Source: a virus. From it: DNA of 64,000 bases. Position 1 is the stretch's first letter. Every line of letters starts with the position of its first letter. The position numbers and the translations under genes were made by a program. The notes below the pieces were generated by a model. That model searched no databases. It was not told where the DNA came from and saw nothing but the letters and a program-made list of their open reading frames with translations. Positions 44,216 to 53,848 of this stretch are shown piece by piece. Location of the stretch: positions 7,570-71,569 of IMG/VR virus record IMGVR_UViG_3300046777_001673. The stretch is one strand, 5' to 3'.

Positions 44216-44374
44216 TTATGCAGGATTATCCTCCTGATCCTTAAGTAAACGACTTACGATTTGTTCCCTTCCGTCCATCATGGCTACTGTGTAAATAGAA
44301 GATCTCATGTATCTTTTGATTTTCTTATACTGTTTTTTAACTTCTTTAAGAGCATCAAGATTCATCTCAATGTT
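44216..44374 (-). CDS. Hypothetical protein
   Basis: Likely start MNIEMNLD. Confidence 0.45.
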   Translation of the reverse strand, partial: NIEMNLDALKEVKKQYKKIKRYMRSSIYTVAMMDGREQIVSRLLKDQEDNPA

Positions 44375-44388
44375 CATATCACCAGAGA

Positions 44389-44646
44389 CTACTTTTTTTT
44401 CTTGTCCGTCTTCGATTGATAACCCCAAGTTTTCGGATTGATCGTTCCCTCTGTCCATTTAATACCTCTCACATCTCTGTATTTGTCCCAGTAATAATTA
44501 AAAATATCAATTTGTGATCCTGCTTGAACCACATCATATTGTGTTTCATCATCGACGCCATAAGATACCAAGTATGAATTTCTTGGTAGATCTCGGTTTT
44601 TGGCTGCCGAGGGATCACAATCTCCATGAATGATGTTCACAGACAT
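44389..44646 (-). CDS. Conserved cyanophage hypothetical protein
   Basis: CDP...LP.NSYLV.Y, IFNYYWDKY, G.INPK.WG. Confidence 0.65.
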   Translation of the reverse strand: MSVNIIHGDCDPSAAKNRDLPRNSYLVSYGVDDETQYDVVQAGSQIDIFNYYWDKYRDVRGIKWTEGTINPKTWGYQSKTDKKKK

Positions 44647-44647
44647 A

Positions 44648-45196
44648 TCAAGAACGATTCCCCCATTGGATATCGGGATACGCCTCAGAAACAAGTTCTT
44701 TGGTGATATTATATTTAGTTTGCAACTTTTTGTCCTTTACAAGACATAACACTTCAGCCTCACCAGGATGAAAGGACTCAAGCATATTGATAAACATCGT
44801 TTCTTTACGAAGTCTGTTCATCGCATCATTACCACCTTTCACGAAGTTATAGAACTTACTCCATTCTTTACGAATGTTTGAAGATGGGGATTTCTCAGCG
44901 TTCTCATTTTCCTGAATGGGAACTTCACCCTCAGGAAGAACAGACACAATGGAATCATCAAAGTTCCAGATCAACAGGGACTTAAGGAAATTCTCATTGT
45001 ATTGTTGAAGAATACCAATCTTCTTATCCTTAGTTCTTTCTGCAACTACTGCTGCAAAAATTTCATGAACATAAGAAGTTGGCGTCAGTTGAATTTTTTC
45101 TACAACTGGTTTTGCTGCGGGTTTACTAGTAGTAGTCTTTTTTGCGGCGGTAGAACTCTTTCTACTACTCGTCGTCTTCTTCGTCGTAGTCGTCAT
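44648..45196 (-). CDS. Conserved T4-like cyanophage protein
   Basis: LLIWNFD, LPEGEVP, FVKGGN, ETMFI.MLE..HP.EAE, KDKKL. Confidence 0.75.
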   Translation of the reverse strand: MTTTTKKTTSSRKSSTAAKKTTTSKPAAKPVVEKIQLTPTSYVHEIFAAVVAERTKDKKIGILQQYNENFLKSLLIWNFDDSIVSVLPEGEVPIQENENAEKSPSSNIRKEWSKFYNFVKGGNDAMNRLRKETMFINMLESFHPGEAEVLCLVKDKKLQTKYNITKELVSEAYPDIQWGNRS

Positions 45197-45392
45197 AGCT
45201 ATTTTCAAATCGTACTGCAATTACTTCATCTGGGATAAGATTCCCATGATCGTCAAACATTTCTGGATGCGCGAATACTTGTTGCGGAGTGGAGAAAACT
45301 ACATGTTCTTTCCATAACCATCCAACTATACCACCAACAATCAAGAACATGAAAGATACCATGCAAAAGATGGCAACTAATGGTGCTGTCAT
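45165..45392 (-). CDS. Small membrane protein
   Basis: TM helix then HPEMFD..GN..PDE..AVRFEN. Confidence 0.7.
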   Translation of the reverse strand: MTAPLVAIFCMVSFMFLIVGGIVGWLWKEHVVFSTPQQVFAHPEMFDDHGNLIPDEVIAVRFENSYDDYDEEDDE

Positions 45393-45411
45393 GGATCTGC
45401 CTCCGAGAGAT

Positions 45412-45588
45412 TTACTTCTTTTTTATATCCAATGAAAATTCAAAATAGATGTTTATCTCTCGTCTGAAGAGAGAAACCATCTTACCAAAACTAAGTTGAA
45501 ATGTTTTTGGTTCTTCAGGTTTTCTCCTCCTTTTTCTTAACAATAATTCCACACCTCTATTTATGTGTAGCTCATTAGGCTTACCCAT
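45412..45588 (-). CDS. Small basic hypothetical protein (58 aa)
   Basis: Manual translation MGKPNELHINRGVELLLRKRRRKP...FSLDIKKK. Confidence 0.6.
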   Translation of the reverse strand: MGKPNELHINRGVELLLRKRRRKPEEPKTFQLSFGKMVSLFRREINIYFEFSLDIKKK

Positions 45589-45591
45589 AAA

Positions 45592-45828
45592 TTAGATGAG
45601 TGAAAGTTCCTTTAGATACTGGATAGTATCAGTACAACCACCCAGATGTTTTTCATCAACTACAACTTGTGGAAAAGTAGAACCTTCTCCAAACTCAGCA
45701 TAAAACTCCTTTCTAGTAAAGTCTTCATCTAAAGTATAGACGACAAATTCTTTACCACAAAGTTCTAATACTTTTTTAACTTTAAAACAATAAGGACACT
45801 CTGGTTTAGAATAAACAATAAATCTCAT
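45592..45828 (-). CDS. nrdC: Glutaredoxin
   Basis: CPYC, TFPQV, LGGCTD. Confidence 0.9.
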   Translation of the reverse strand: MRFIVYSKPECPYCFKVKKVLELCGKEFVVYTLDEDFTRKEFYAEFGEGSTFPQVVVDEKHLGGCTDTIQYLKELSLI

Positions 45829-45919
45829 TGCATTTCGTTTTGTTGTAGTTCGTAATATTTAGAGTTATATTTCATACTCGTTTGTGTAATCATACACCAT
45901 GTATAATAATAAGTCAATA

Positions 45920-46129
45920 TCACTCGTCCATCGGATGACCAGTTCGCCAAACCTTCGTGTCAGGGGGATCACACTTTGCATCCCAAGATCGTACAAGCAA
46001 CTCAGTGAACAGCTCCATTTTTTCTGGATGAACTGCTGCAGGATTTTCGTTAATAGCCTCTTTCAAAGCAACAAGTTCCTTCCATTCTTCATCTGTAAGG
46101 GGTTTGACACTGGATTGCGAATAGGTCAT
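45920..46129 (-). CDS. Small hypothetical protein
   Basis: AGGAG RBS, own promoter region. Confidence 0.65.
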   Translation of the reverse strand: MTYSQSSVKPLTDEEWKELVALKEAINENPAAVHPEKMELFTELLVRSWDAKCDPPDTKVWRTGHPMDE

Positions 46130-46227
46130 TAGATCTCCTGTTGATTGTGTTCAAATTCTAACACAATCTTATATGACTATCTATAAACTTAATATTCTCT
46201 TTGGGATTGCGAAACACTTTGTTACAA

Positions 46228-46491
46228 TCAAATGTTTCCCTTTTCAATTTCTTTTTGGAGGAAATCTTCATATTCTTTTTCAAAATATCGAAGATGTTGT
46301 TGCATAATTGTCATACCAGTGACATTACCAGTATATAAAGTGGAGTTGTAGTGGCAAGATGTCCAAGTCAAAGCCAAATAATGATACAAATCTGGATATT
46401 CTTCTTTGTGTTGAGAAACTAAATCAAAAAGATCTTTAAGCATTTCCCGTGACATCATCCTTGGAGTTTTTTTAGGTGTCGTATCTTCCAT
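46228..46491 (-). CDS. Hypothetical protein
   Basis: Tiled ORF. Confidence 0.5.
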   Translation of the reverse strand: MEDTTPKKTPRMMSREMLKDLFDLVSQHKEEYPDLYHYLALTWTSCHYNSTLYTGNVTGMTIMQQHLRYFEKEYEDFLQKEIEKGNI

Positions 46492-47137
46492 TTTCTTTGG
46501 TTCTACATTTGAATCTGGGGTGAATCATTGGTTCAAACTGGTGATTTACTACTCTAGCCCACTGATGTCCAAAAATTCTGTGTCTAGACATACCACCAAC
46601 GGATGCCCATATTTTACCACGCTTTTCGGATCCGACAACAACTTTTGTTATATCTTCATTATTATAGTATACATCACCAAATTCAGGGTCACAGGGAAAA
46701 CAAGAAACAATCTCACCTTCACGAAATAAATTACTTGTTTGTACATGTTTCATGAATATGTGGTAATACTTCATGAAAAAATAAGTTGGCCTAGTTGTTG
46801 GATGCAACAACCAATCCATAGTGTAAATTACATCACTATCTAATACGAATTCTCTAAACCACTTTAGTTCTTGTCGTATATAATCTAAGTCAATATGATA
46901 TTCTGGTAATGGAGAAAGTGTAGCAAATAATGTATGAATTTCGTCCAAAGCAAATTCATACGATGTTCTACGCATTACTCTAAAAACAGTATTATCAAAT
47001 CTGTAGTCTATCCACCTACGAGAATAATTTAATTCATTCTCATCGAAGTATTCTTGAACTAGATCTTCAATTTGTTTTCCAGAAATTTCGTAATACTCTC
47101 TGTGTTTTCTGTTCTTAAACCTACGATACCAACTCAT
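46472..47137 (-). CDS. Hypothetical protein
   Basis: 221-aa ORF. Confidence 0.6.
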   Translation of the reverse strand: MSWYRRFKNRKHREYYEISGKQIEDLVQEYFDENELNYSRRWIDYRFDNTVFRVMRRTSYEFALDEIHTLFATLSPLPEYHIDLDYIRQELKWFREFVLDSDVIYTMDWLLHPTTRPTYFFMKYYHIFMKHVQTSNLFREGEIVSCFPCDPEFGDVYYNNEDITKVVVGSEKRGKIWASVGGMSRHRIFGHQWARVVNHQFEPMIHPRFKCRTKENGRYDT

Positions 47138-47499
47138 TCTCGGTTTTCCAAAAACTTATCAAGGGAATCAAGATCATCTTGCAGTTCTTTTTCTCTTTTC
47201 TTATCGTGATAATAAGACCAGAGAGCATTATGAACATCCATAAGTTCACTTACCCAGAAACCAGCAGGATAAACTCCAAGTGCATCTTGAAGACCACGAT
47301 GACTGATTCCCTCACTTTCTGCCTTACACATAATGTAACAGATTGCTTGGATCATATCAATCTTATCAGACTCAGAAAGCATAAAATACTTTCCTACTGA
47401 TCGTTCTAGACCTTCTTGATGGGACTTTTGCATCTCTTTGAATGTATCGGAATCCCACCATTCTTGTAGTGCTTTACCAAATTCATTAGGTTCAGTCAT
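47134..47499 (-). CDS. Hypothetical protein
   Basis: Tiled ORF. Confidence 0.6.
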   Translation of the reverse strand: MTEPNEFGKALQEWWDSDTFKEMQKSHQEGLERSVGKYFMLSESDKIDMIQAICYIMCKAESEGISHRGLQDALGVYPAGFWVSELMDVHNALWSYYHDKKREKELQDDLDSLDKFLENRE

Positions 47500-47968
47500 A
47501 GTGATACTGTTTCCACTCCTCTACATTAGTTTTTTCGAGATCAAAAATCATTTTATTTACAGGAGCTCTTGGTTTTCTTGCAAGTTTCATTCCAGTATGT
47601 TCTAAAAGCATACTGCCTTTTTTGGTATTGCATGAACTACACGCAACGACTAAGTTTTCCCAAGTATCTTCTCCACCTCTTGAACGAGGAAGAACATGAT
47701 CTATGGTTAGCTTAGACCTAGCACCACAATATTGGCAAGTATGATTATCCCTCTTGTAGATCATAGATCTAGAAGGAGTAATGTTCATAATCTTAGACAA
47801 TGGCAACTTTACATAATCCAAAAGTCGGATGACTCTACTTGAGAGAACTTGAGCTTTTTCTTTCAAGAGAAGAACAATTGCTCTTTTCCAGTTTGTAAAA
47901 TTGATTGGTTCATAACTAGAATTTAAAACCAATATTGTCTTGTAGGGTTCTATTGGTAACTCATGCAT
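47492..47968 (-). CDS. HNH endonuclease (McrA-like)
   Basis: LVLN.SYEP, RD..TCQYCG, TIDHVLPRSRGG...WENLV.AC..CN..KG. Confidence 0.9.
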   Translation of the reverse strand: MHELPIEPYKTILVLNSSYEPINFTNWKRAIVLLLKEKAQVLSSRVIRLLDYVKLPLSKIMNITPSRSMIYKRDNHTCQYCGARSKLTIDHVLPRSRGGEDTWENLVVACSSCNTKKGSMLLEHTGMKLARKPRAPVNKMIFDLEKTNVEEWKQYHYD

Positions 47969-48006
47969 GGGGGTTTCTTATGAGCTATGATTATCTATAT
48001 TCATAA

Positions 48007-48624
48007 TTACTCCCACCTAAAATCAAAATTTACTGTTGTCCTTTCTCCAATAGATTGGGGTAAAGTTCCATGAATTATCCAACTAGGAAATATCAATATC
48101 ATTTTTTCTTCAGGAACAAATCTAGGCATTCTTTGATATGTACTAGAAAATAAATCATATTCATCACAATTTAAAATAAAATAAATTGGACCATTATCTA
48201 TAGGAGATTCATAATTAAGAGTTTTAGTGTATATTACCATTGAAATACAATTTAATCCATGTTCATGTGGAGTGTGATAACTTCCTTCCTTTCCGCTCAC
48301 AGTCCATGCAGTACTGACTGATAGTTTATCCAAACGATCAGTAAATTTTTCATGGTGTTTAAGATATTTTGCAATTAGATTTTCATATTTCTTTTTTATC
48401 TTTTCCCAAGATTTTGGAATTTTCAAATTATGATCACAGTTCCAATAAGGAGATGGATTAAAAAAAATTCTTTGGCAAGAACCAGCCATTGCCGTTGTAA
48501 ATTCACTATAATCTTTTGGATCAGCTTGATCTATCAATTGATTCAAGTCATCAATGTCGTCAAGTTTATCAACTATGATCCAATTATTTTTATATTGTAT
48601 TAGTTTACTATTTTCTACGGTCAT
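48007..48624 (-). CDS. 2OG-Fe(II) oxygenase, TIGR02466-like
   Basis: AWTV.G..GSYH.PHEH, FPSWIIHG..PQ..GER. Confidence 0.7.
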   Translation of the reverse strand: MTVENSKLIQYKNNWIIVDKLDDIDDLNQLIDQADPKDYSEFTTAMAGSCQRIFFNPSPYWNCDHNLKIPKSWEKIKKKYENLIAKYLKHHEKFTDRLDKLSVSTAWTVSGKEGSYHTPHEHGLNCISMVIYTKTLNYESPIDNGPIYFILNCDEYDLFSSTYQRMPRFVPEEKMILIFPSWIIHGTLPQSIGERTTVNFDFRWE

Positions 48625-48635
48625 TATTTCCCCCA

Positions 48636-48869
48636 TCAAGATCCAAAAGGACCCCAACGACCCCGTTTAGAGTCATCATCACCATTCATTCTTTCTTCCA
48701 ACTTGTCAATGAGTTTATCTGCAGAAATAAGATTATCAATATCCATAATCATTTCAGCAATATGTTTACCAACAAATGGTTTCTCCTGACGGGCTGCATA
48801 AGCCAGTGCATTACGCAAAGCAGCTTCAGCTTCTCTCAAACTAGTTTCTACAGATTCAGATAGTGCCAT
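48636..48869 (-). CDS. Conserved cyanophage hypothetical protein
   Basis: MALS.SV..SL.EA..LRNALAYAAR.E.P. Confidence 0.65.
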   Translation of the reverse strand: MALSESVETSLREAEAALRNALAYAARQEKPFVGKHIAEMIMDIDNLISADKLIDKLEERMNGDDDSKRGRWGPFGS

Positions 48870-48871
48870 GA

Positions 48872-49033
48872 TTAAAAAATAGGGTTTGATCGTTTTTGTT
48901 GAAATTCTTCTACAATTTCTAGAATTCGTCTAGAGGTTTTCTTTGCTGCATCTTCATTCCAACTTTCATTGGAAAGATTCAGACTATAAATTTCATTTGA
49001 AATTGCATCAATCAGTTTATCGTAATTAGTCAT
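48872..49033 (-). CDS. Small hypothetical protein
   Basis: Manual translation MTNYDKLIDAISNEIY...; fills the gap with an ATGA overlap. Confidence 0.55.
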   Translation of the reverse strand: MTNYDKLIDAISNEIYSLNLSNESWNEDAAKKTSRRILEIVEEFQQKRSNPIF

Positions 49034-49272
49034 TTTTTTGAATTATATAACAAGTTGTGGTAACGAAGAATCTCTGGGTTTTCTAAGTCTTTACAACGAG
49101 GATAATAGATACCATCCTTATAGCAGGCATCTTTAGGATCTTGTTTGTCATATTTTAGCACAACATCAGGAGGTTGTCTAAAATTGCAGAGTTCTCCTTG
49201 TTTTGTCATAAAGTTTTCAAAACAAAGTCCAGCAACAAATGGGGCAAGAAATTGAAGTGTATACATCAACAC
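49030..49272 (-). CDS. Hypothetical protein
   Basis: Cys-containing; ACY.DG..Y..C. Confidence 0.55.
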   Translation of the reverse strand: MLMYTLQFLAPFVAGLCFENFMTKQGELCNFRQPPDVVLKYDKQDPKDACYKDGIYYPRCKDLENPEILRYHNLLYNSKK

Positions 49273-50099
49273 TCATCCATTCTAATTGCCTTAGGAACTT
49301 TTTTAAGGAGAGCAGATCCATCTCCCTGATCAATCCATTCAACTTCATCACCTTCCTTCAGGTTTGCTGCCTCCAGCAAATCATCAGGGAATGTTACGCA
49401 GTAAATATCTTCATCAGTGTCTTCATCTCTGACTTCTTCAACAGGAAGAACCCACTTCTTTACTTTGTCTTCTTTTACGACAATCTTTTCTGTAGATCCC
49501 ACTTTGCGTTTGGTTACGGTCTTACCACCATCGGGAGACTCGTAAATCCATCCACCTTCATACTTCAGACGAGTTGGATCATTTCTAGACACTTCCGGGT
49601 CTGGTGTCCACTCATATCCACCGGCTTGACGAATTGCTTCAATTTCTTCGGACAACCTTGAATCATATTCTTCTGGATAATAGTTTTCCTCCCAGAAGTC
49701 ATTCCATGCACCTTGGCATTCTGGAGATGGATCATCTTTATCACAAGAAAGAGGAAACTTTTCACCAGTTGCCGTATATTCATACTTTTTATTATTGGCA
49801 ATTTGATACTCAAGGTCACTATGTCCCCAAGGACGCATACCATCATCTATTTTTCCTTCATAATATTTTTTTTCTGCAAGAACAGTCTCTTTCCAAGCCT
49901 TTTTGAAATTTACATCAAATTCTTCAAGGTAATAACCAAGGAATTCATACGCAGCATTAGCCATGGCTTCTGCTCTATCATAATCGCGGTTTTGAATTGA
50001 CTCGGATACAATATCAATCATTTCACGGGCAGAACAAATCTTGGATGTTACCTCCTCAAGATCATTCATCACTTCCCATGTTTTGTTTGTGGAACTCAT
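49266..50099 (-). CDS. Mosaic protein with C-terminal AbrB/MazE-like domain
   Basis: VTFPDDLLEAANLKEGDEVEWID.GDG; internal IYESPDGGKTV module. Confidence 0.6.
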   Translation of the reverse strand: MSSTNKTWEVMNDLEEVTSKICSAREMIDIVSESIQNRDYDRAEAMANAAYEFLGYYLEEFDVNFKKAWKETVLAEKKYYEGKIDDGMRPWGHSDLEYQIANNKKYEYTATGEKFPLSCDKDDPSPECQGAWNDFWEENYYPEEYDSRLSEEIEAIRQAGGYEWTPDPEVSRNDPTRLKYEGGWIYESPDGGKTVTKRKVGSTEKIVVKEDKVKKWVLPVEEVRDEDTDEDIYCVTFPDDLLEAANLKEGDEVEWIDQGDGSALLKKVPKAIRMDEC

Positions 50100-50283
50100 T
50101 GGTAATTTCCTCTAAGAAATTTTGTTTTTCAACCGTTTCCTCTATAATACTCTTGATTTGATCATCTGTCAACCCATTCATCCAAGACCATCGTTCATCT
50201 TTAGGATCCCACTCAAAGGCAAAAGATCCATCAGAATTTTCAATGATGTTTAGACCAGATTCGTGTAATTTTGTTTCGCTCAT
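50062..50283 (-). CDS. Hypothetical protein, paralog of 1019..1207
   Basis: ENSDGSFAFEWDPKD. Confidence 0.6.
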   Translation of the reverse strand: MSETKLHESGLNIIENSDGSFAFEWDPKDERWSWMNGLTDDQIKSIIEETVEKQNFLEEITNEFHKQNMGSDE

Positions 50284-51804
50284 TTATCTACTAAGTAATT
50301 GTTGCGTTTCTTCAAACCAAAGATAATCTAAAGACGAATTATTTAGAGTGTCCAGTGCATCTCTTGGTGTTTCTACTAAGGGTTCTCCAGTCAAGTTAAA
50401 ACTAGTATTCAAAAGTATTCCATGTCCAGATAACTTCTTAAATTCTTGTAAAAGTTCATACAAATAACCGTCCGAGACAGTCTGAATTCTGCATGTATTA
50501 TCTACATGAGTTATTCCAGATAACATTTTAACATACTTTTCTCTTACTGGAAAACATATAGTCATAAATGGACTCGATTTAATCCTACCCATATCAAAGT
50601 AAATATTCGCATCTTCTTCCAATACTACACAAGCAAAAGGTCTATACCATTCTCTTTTTTTAATTATGTTTACTATGTCTTTCGCATCTGGATTTAATGC
50701 ATTAAAAAGTATAGAACGATTTCCAAGTGCTCTTTGGCCCGCCTCTGCAAAACCACTATAAACCGCAATAGATTTATTTTGATTTAATAAAATACCAATC
50801 TCTTTTATTGAAGTTATAATTCCATTATATGAAGACAAATCATGATGCAATCCATGAAAAGAAGTTGTCTCAATAGGATTGGGAGTTTTTCCAGTCAATT
50901 TAAAATAAGAATTCATTGCAGCACCAATACTTACCCCATTATCATTACATATTGGTTCAAAATAAAATTCCACATCAGGAAATCTCTGCAAGTAATAGTA
51001 ATTTGCAACAATATTCATACCATAACCACCAGAGATACAAACTTTTTTAACTCCTGTTTTTTCTATTGAGTCTTCTATTAAATCTCCAATTACTTTCTGC
51101 GTTTGTTGTTGTACTTCATAACAAAAATCTGCATGTAATTGATAATTATTTTGTTCTACCTTTTTGATAGGTCTTATGTCTACATTCTCTTGTGAGAATA
51201 AATTTTCAAATAATTTATTTGGAGCTCCGTAAGATGAAAGTCCCATTGCTTTTCCACAATCATCTGGGGTATTTCCAATCAAAACCGAAGCTATATCATA
51301 TAATCCACCCACTCCGACTTTGCCCCAAGGAAACTCAAATGCCGAGAATGACTCTATAACATTTTTATAGAGTAAAGTATTTTGTTCTCTATTGAATAAG
51401 AAAACACTTTCTACTTCTACAATATTATCACTTATTTCAGATCCTGATCCGTCAGCTACAACCACCAAACTTTCATCAAATTTACTATTATAAAAAGCCA
51501 AAGAAGCGTGATTTAGATGATGATCCTGTTCTAATTCTAATTTTAGATTTGAGTTATATTTTTTACATTCCTCAAAAATTATTGATATAAATCCACTTTT
51601 TTGTGGTGGGTTAAAATCAGATATGCAAATTATATCCACATTTAACTTGCGACAAATATTTTTAACTAAAGTTAATATTATTTTTTCATCGTAATCATAC
51701 TTTTTCCTTGTTAGTCTTTCTAACAAAAAATATTTTTTTACATGACCATTTTTTAAAAGACATATTGAAGAATTATGTCCTAAATGAACACTCAATATTG
51801 TCAT
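50284..51804 (-). CDS. Carbamoyltransferase (NodU/CmcH family)
   Basis: HHLNHA, DGSG, GKAMGL..YG, EAGQRALGNRSIL, KKREWYRPFA, LLNTSFN..GEPLVE. Confidence 0.9.
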   Translation of the reverse strand: MTILSVHLGHNSSICLLKNGHVKKYFLLERLTRKKYDYDEKIILTLVKNICRKLNVDIICISDFNPPQKSGFISIIFEECKKYNSNLKLELEQDHHLNHASLAFYNSKFDESLVVVADGSGSEISDNIVEVESVFLFNREQNTLLYKNVIESFSAFEFPWGKVGVGGLYDIASVLIGNTPDDCGKAMGLSSYGAPNKLFENLFSQENVDIRPIKKVEQNNYQLHADFCYEVQQQTQKVIGDLIEDSIEKTGVKKVCISGGYGMNIVANYYYLQRFPDVEFYFEPICNDNGVSIGAAMNSYFKLTGKTPNPIETTSFHGLHHDLSSYNGIITSIKEIGILLNQNKSIAVYSGFAEAGQRALGNRSILFNALNPDAKDIVNIIKKREWYRPFACVVLEEDANIYFDMGRIKSSPFMTICFPVREKYVKMLSGITHVDNTCRIQTVSDGYLYELLQEFKKLSGHGILLNTSFNLTGEPLVETPRDALDTLNNSSLDYLWFEETQQLLSR

Positions 51805-52766
51805 TACTCTCTTTCAAGATCTAGTGTCACACAATGAAAGCACCCACTTAAGGTTCTTGAGTGTCTCATAGGAAGCATTGCACACTCAATCCCATATTTT
51901 TCCAGTTCTTTTCGGGTAGGTTCTTGTCTTTCTTCCAAAGCAACTAGATTTGGACTTACACTGAAGAGGTTCATATTAACCCATTCTGAAGCATGATTAT
52001 ATCCAGGATAGTGTCCAATATCTACTGGTTCTGGACACCAAACTACATCCCAGTTCCTAAAAGGTTCTGGGAGAACATCTACCGACTTGATTCTTTCTGG
52101 ATTCAATAACATTAACCCCTCACGAAGAAATGCAATTGTAGTGTCTATATGCATATAACTATAAACACCTTGAAGAAGATGTACTTTTGCACGACCCCGA
52201 AGCATTTCTTGGAGTATTTTAGCCCCTGCAATATTCCCACTGTTAGACACGAGATACAAAACATCATCATTTGCACGAATAATGTTTGCTGCGTCAAATG
52301 CGGGAGTAACTTCTGTAAGTGCAAGAGTATCCTTATCTCCTACACAATTTTTGTTATAAAGTTCTTCTTTATGTTTGCACGGAACAATAATAGTACTACC
52401 AAGAGGATCAAGTAAAGGTTTCCATGCGTCTTTTCTACACTCCAATGGCATTGGAGTTGCAACAGTTAGGTCTTTATGAGTAAAAATTACATCTCTTGGA
52501 CAAAAATTGTAATACTCTGTTGGGGTTCTTTCCGGTCTTACAACTTCTACACCTTCTCTCAATAAAAACTCAACAAAAGTTTCCAAATCTTCGTTGGCTT
52601 CGTCTATAACCTGTTGAGGATACAATCCAACAGGAACATCCGAAACATCTTCTCTATCTGCATAATTAATTGTGCGGACACTCAAATCTACTTCAGGGAC
52701 TGTTGCATAATCTGCAACTCCTACGATTACTTTCTTTAGTTTATCCCATTCATTCTGACTTTTCAT
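51804..52766 (-). CDS. Amidinotransferase (glycine / inosamine-phosphate type)
   Basis: EWD.L..VIVG, CPRD, FDAAN, HIDTT, GCFHCVTLD (Asp-His-Cys triad). Confidence 0.88.
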   Translation of the reverse strand: MKSQNEWDKLKKVIVGVADYATVPEVDLSVRTINYADREDVSDVPVGLYPQQVIDEANEDLETFVEFLLREGVEVVRPERTPTEYYNFCPRDVIFTHKDLTVATPMPLECRKDAWKPLLDPLGSTIIVPCKHKEELYNKNCVGDKDTLALTEVTPAFDAANIIRANDDVLYLVSNSGNIAGAKILQEMLRGRAKVHLLQGVYSYMHIDTTIAFLREGLMLLNPERIKSVDVLPEPFRNWDVVWCPEPVDIGHYPGYNHASEWVNMNLFSVSPNLVALEERQEPTRKELEKYGIECAMLPMRHSRTLSGCFHCVTLDLERE

Positions 52767-53263
52767 TTAACAACACCCGTAATTTGAATAGCATATCGAT
52801 CTTTCATACTAAAATTATAAAATGCATGTATTTCGTCGTAATTCCAATAAAAACAATCTCCAGATTTCCATGTACAATGTGCAACATCTTTAATTTGTAG
52901 AATTTGTCCTGGAGAATTATCTTCCAACATTACCATGCACCTTATTACCTTACTAGAATCTACATCATTGATTTCTACATATTTTCCATACAAATCAGTA
53001 TGGAGAGGTAGATATTGTCCAGGTTTAAAATGATTAACTGCAGCAGCTACTTTGTCCAAAAAAGTAAAATGTGGAATAATATGCTCATCCACACACTTTG
53101 GCATAGGATTTGGCAATTGATACTTATAAATGGAAAGTTTTTCCTTACTATGACCAGACATCAAGTATTGATCAACCAACTCCTCATCTTTATGAGTGGC
53201 TAAAACATAATCAAGGTTATAAAAATCCTCAATATTCCAATTTGGTTCTATATGACTAATCAT
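52763..53263 (-). CDS. 2OG-Fe(II)-type hydroxylase-like protein
   Basis: PGQYLPLHTD, W..GD, H...N, R...QITG. Confidence 0.65.
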   Translation of the reverse strand: MISHIEPNWNIEDFYNLDYVLATHKDEELVDQYLMSGHSKEKLSIYKYQLPNPMPKCVDEHIIPHFTFLDKVAAAVNHFKPGQYLPLHTDLYGKYVEINDVDSSKVIRCMVMLEDNSPGQILQIKDVAHCTWKSGDCFYWNYDEIHAFYNFSMKDRYAIQITGVVK

Positions 53264-53847
53264 TTAAACACTGACATTTGCGTTAGATCGGGGTAATCCC
53301 TGTGGCTCCATTTTTTACCGGGAATTTTTTTCCGCTCATTTAGTAATTCAATTCCGATTTTGGCCACCTCGGGAGTCATGTAATAATGATAGCCCATTGT
53401 ATCTATGTCCTGTTCAGCCCATGGACGATTGAGATCACGACCATCATAAGACATTTTTTTAAGTGTATCATAATCACTTTTATTTTGCAATAGAATTGCA
53501 CCACCTCTTCCGAGATTTAAGTGTTTCTTGAACTGAAAACTTAAACACATAAAAGTATTAGGGATATAAGTATTCTCTCCCCAAAGAACTGCAGCATCAA
53601 TGATGTTAGTGAGTCCCAAGTAATAATAGTCAGACCAATCTTCATCTTTCCAAGTCCAATCCAGTCCAAGTTTCACACAAGTCATTGGGACTGAAACATA
53701 AGTCCTTTTGGGTATTGTAATATAATCTTCCTGAGTATGTCTTAAGCAAAGTTCTAGAGCATGAGTACACGAATCGGTAGCTACCGCATAAGGAGCTCCA
53801 AAAAACTCTGCAATCTGGGATTCAAACTCAGTAACATACTCAAACAT
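53260..53847 (-). CDS. Minimised DegT/DnrJ/EryC1/StrS aminotransferase
   Basis: EFE..IAEF.G..YAVA..SCT.AL, IIDAA, SFQFKKHL..GRGGA, GYHY.M. Confidence 0.8.
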   Translation of the reverse strand: MFEYVTEFESQIAEFFGAPYAVATDSCTHALELCLRHTQEDYITIPKRTYVSVPMTCVKLGLDWTWKDEDWSDYYYLGLTNIIDAAVLWGENTYIPNTFMCLSFQFKKHLNLGRGGAILLQNKSDYDTLKKMSYDGRDLNRPWAEQDIDTMGYHYYMTPEVAKIGIELLNERKKIPGKKWSHRDYPDLTQMSVFK

Positions 53848-53848
53848 T

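Noticed and set aside
46189-46228. Second NtcA box, Pho box or RpaB HLR1 site upstream of 45920..46129
   Set aside because: GTAAC-N5-GTTTC has the wrong spacing and a mismatch for NtcA; the Pho-like and HLR1-like repeats match in only one half-site.
47492-47968. HNH gene as part of an intron or intein
   Set aside because: It is free-standing with its own start and stop, and the flanking ORFs are not halves of one gene.
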